A stretch of DNA of 64,000 bases from the human T2T-CHM13v2.0 reference genome, Homo sapiens: NCBI RefSeq assembly GCF_009914755.1, contig NC_060943.1; one strand, given 5' to 3'. Positions 57,623 to 64,000 of the stretch are shown one piece after another. Both the position numbers and the translations under genes were made by a program. The notes beneath the pieces are model-generated. The model was not told the origin of the DNA. It made no database searches and saw only the letters and a list, made by a program, of their open reading frames with translations. Every line of letters begins with the position of its first letter. Position 1 is the stretch's first letter.

Positions 57623-58219
57623 TGACATTCTTGTTATCAATGTCACAATCTCCTTGTTATCAATGTCAGGACTTTGGGTCACAGCCTCATTGCCTATGTC
57701 ATGACCTTGTCTGGGTCGCAATCCTCTTGTTCCTGACATTGGCTGTGTTGACCGTGTCATGACCGTCTTGTATGTCCTAATCGTGTGGTCAGGTCACAGA
57801 TCATTCTCTCATGATCTCCATGTCCACTTATAGTCATTTTCTGTGCCACCATCCCGTGTCTGTGTTGTGACCTTGCCTGTGTCCTGCCTTCATGACAGTG
57901 TCATAACTACCTCCAGGATCCACAGCCCCTCATCATCCCCCCATCTCTGTCCTTGCCTCATCTCATCCCCAGGCTGTCTCCCCTGTCCCTTGCGCGAGTT
58001 CACTCACCAAGTCTCACCCCCACTTTGCTCTCATGACCTTGCTTGTGTCTTGACCTTGCAGTGTGAGTTGTGATTCATGATGGAGTCACAGCTCCCCACT
58101 TTCCATGTCATAAGCCCACTGGCTGGGTGAAAACTTGATGCCAAATTGCCTGAGGGTCATGGTATTTTTTACTGTATTTCTACTCATTTTGCTTGTGGGA
58201 TTCTAACCTTGACATCCAC

Positions 58220-58585
58220 GTCATGACCCCGAGAGTAGGTGTCTGTGCCCACAAGCTGTGCAAGTATATTGCTGTCCCTGTTATGACCCTGAGAGCAGGT
58301 GGCTGTGTCTGTATATTGCTGTCCATGTCGTGACCCTGAGAGCAGGTGGCTGTATATTGCTGTCCATGTCATGACCCGGAGAGCAGGTGGCTGTATATTG
58401 CTGTCCATGTCATGACCCTGAGAGCAGGTGGCTGTGTCTGTATATTGCTGTCCATGTCATGACCCGGAGAGCAGATGGCTGTGTCCATTGGCTGTGTCCA
58501 TATATTGTTGTCCCTGTCATGACCCTGGTGGTAGGCATCTGTGACCCACTGTGTGTCCATATATCGTTGTCCCTGTCACGACCCT
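58220..58585 (+). repeat. 41/47-bp minisatellite (GTCATGACCCTGAGAGCAGGTGGCTGTATATTGCTGTCCAT) in TJP3 intron 11
   Basis: About 7 units, with longer and more diverged units at both ends. Confidence 0.9.
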
Positions 58586-58962
58586 GTGACTACTGTGACT
58601 ACGTCTGAGTTCTTTTGAGCATTTCACACAGTTTCCATCGAGCTCCATGCCATGACCTCTGTTCCCATGTTTTGATATTGACAACCCATCATGATTTGGT
58701 TATCTGAGGACAAGTGCAGTGCCTGTGCCTGTTTCTGTGTCAAAACTCTTGTATCCTTACAATGCCACCAGCTGTCTGTGTCACACATCACACAGCCATA
58801 GGGTGATACCCCAGTCGGAAAGCCCTCGGGGAACTGCCGGGTCCCTTGGCAGCAGCTCTGGAAGCAGCTGGGGCTGAGTTTTGCCCAGAGGAAGGTCCAG
58901 GATCTCATGCACGCCCAAGAGGTACCAGAGCTTTTTCTATAGCTGCACTTGCTTTCTGGCAG

Positions 58963-59071
58963 GTGAATGACGTGCCATTCCAGAACCTGACACGGGAGGA
59001 GGCAGTGCAGTTCCTGCTGGGGCTGCCACCAGGCGAGGAGATGGAGCTGGTGACGCAGCGGAAGCAGGACA
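58963..59071 (+). CDS. TJP3: TJP3 exon 12, PDZ3 C-terminal part (VNDVPFQNLTREEAVQFLLGLPPGEEMELVTQRKQD)
   Basis: tggcag|GTG acceptor, A|GTGAGT donor; 109 nt. Confidence 0.97.
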
Positions 59072-59304
59072 GTGAGTGCGCGTGGATATGGGTGTGCCTG
59101 TGTGTTGCGGGGGGAGGACCTGGCTGTGTGGCCTGGTGGTGAGTGCAGGGATGTGGTTGAATCTGCATCTCTGCACCCTCCATCCCTCTCCCTGGCCCCT
59201 ACAGGGAGAGTGCCCCAAATCTCCAGCCAGGCCCACTCTCGGGTGGGGAGGGCTCAGATCAGGCAGCAGCCCAGGCAGCTCATGTGGCCTCCCGCTCTCC
59301 CCAG

Positions 59305-59542
59305 TTTTCTGGAAAATGGTGCAGTCCCGCGTGGGTGACTCCTTCTACATCCGCACTCACTTTGAGCTGGAGCCCAGTCCGCCGTCTGGCCTGGGCTTCA
59401 CCCGTGGCGACGTCTTCCACGTGCTGGACACGCTGCACCCCGGCCCCGGGCAGAGCCACGCACGAGGAGGCCACTGGCTGGCGGTGCGCATGGGTCGTGA
59501 CCTGCGGGAGCAAGAGCGGGGCATCATTCCCAACCAGAGCAG
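59305..59542 (+). CDS. TJP3: TJP3 exon 13, SH3 domain ([11 protein letters not shown]...[22 protein letters not shown])
   Basis: ccccag|TT acceptor, AG|GTGGGG donor; 238 nt; MAGUK SH3 motifs FYIRTHF and GIIPN. Confidence 0.97.
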
Positions 59543-59680
59543 GTGGGGACTGTGTGCTCCTGCAGTGGGGCACTTCTGCTTCAGCCTCAGTCTCCCCGTT
59601 AGAAATGGGCTCGATTGGGCTGGACGCGGTGGCTCAGGCCTGTAATCCTGGCACTTTGGGAGGCTGAAGTGGGCAGATCA

Positions 59681-59929
<249 letters not shown>

Positions 59930-59997
59930 TTAGCAGTGTTGGTGGTTCAATCTGAGGAGGTCCACAAAAGGCTCTGGGCGGGCCCCATTTGGTGCTG

Positions 59998-61171
<1,174 letters not shown>

Positions 61172-61266
61172 GTGGGGCCCAGAGCTGGAGGGGCCCTGGG
61201 GAGGCCTCACACACAGCTCCTGGTGCACCTGTTCACTAACATTCAGCCTCTAAAAGGCACAGTCTT

Positions 61267-64000
<2,734 letters not shown>

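Overview
Human (primate) genomic DNA from a very GC-rich, Alu-dense region, recognised from memory as chr19p13.3. Two genes sit head-to-head. On the minus strand is the 5' end of PIP5K1C: CpG-island promoter, coding exon 1 at 20699-20792, and intron 1 running off the left edge. On the plus strand are the first 14 exons of TJP3/ZO-3: non-coding exon 1 near 28785-28962, an alternative coding first exon near 42284-42301 with a GC donor, and coding exons 48824-61171 (PDZ1-PDZ2-PDZ3-SH3-start of GK). All coding exon phases add up. The rest is Alu, L2, L1, MLT1, MER5A, MER20 and MER58 relics plus several minisatellites. Nearly all ORFs in the supplied track are artefacts of Alus, tandem repeats or high GC content. 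I found no new protein-coding system. The most notable unexplained structure is an inverted duplication with ~415-bp arms (210 bp of unique sequence at ~94% identity plus a co-duplicated Alu) tightly bracketing TJP3 exons 4-5, a candidate pre-mRNA stem for back-splicing, skipping or A-to-I editing. Other points of interest: a 28-bp AT-rich array abutting the PIP5K1C promoter, two cryptic degenerate intronic arrays in TJP3, a near-identical inverted L2 pair, and several alternative splice or start options. Repeat family names and boundaries are by-eye estimates.
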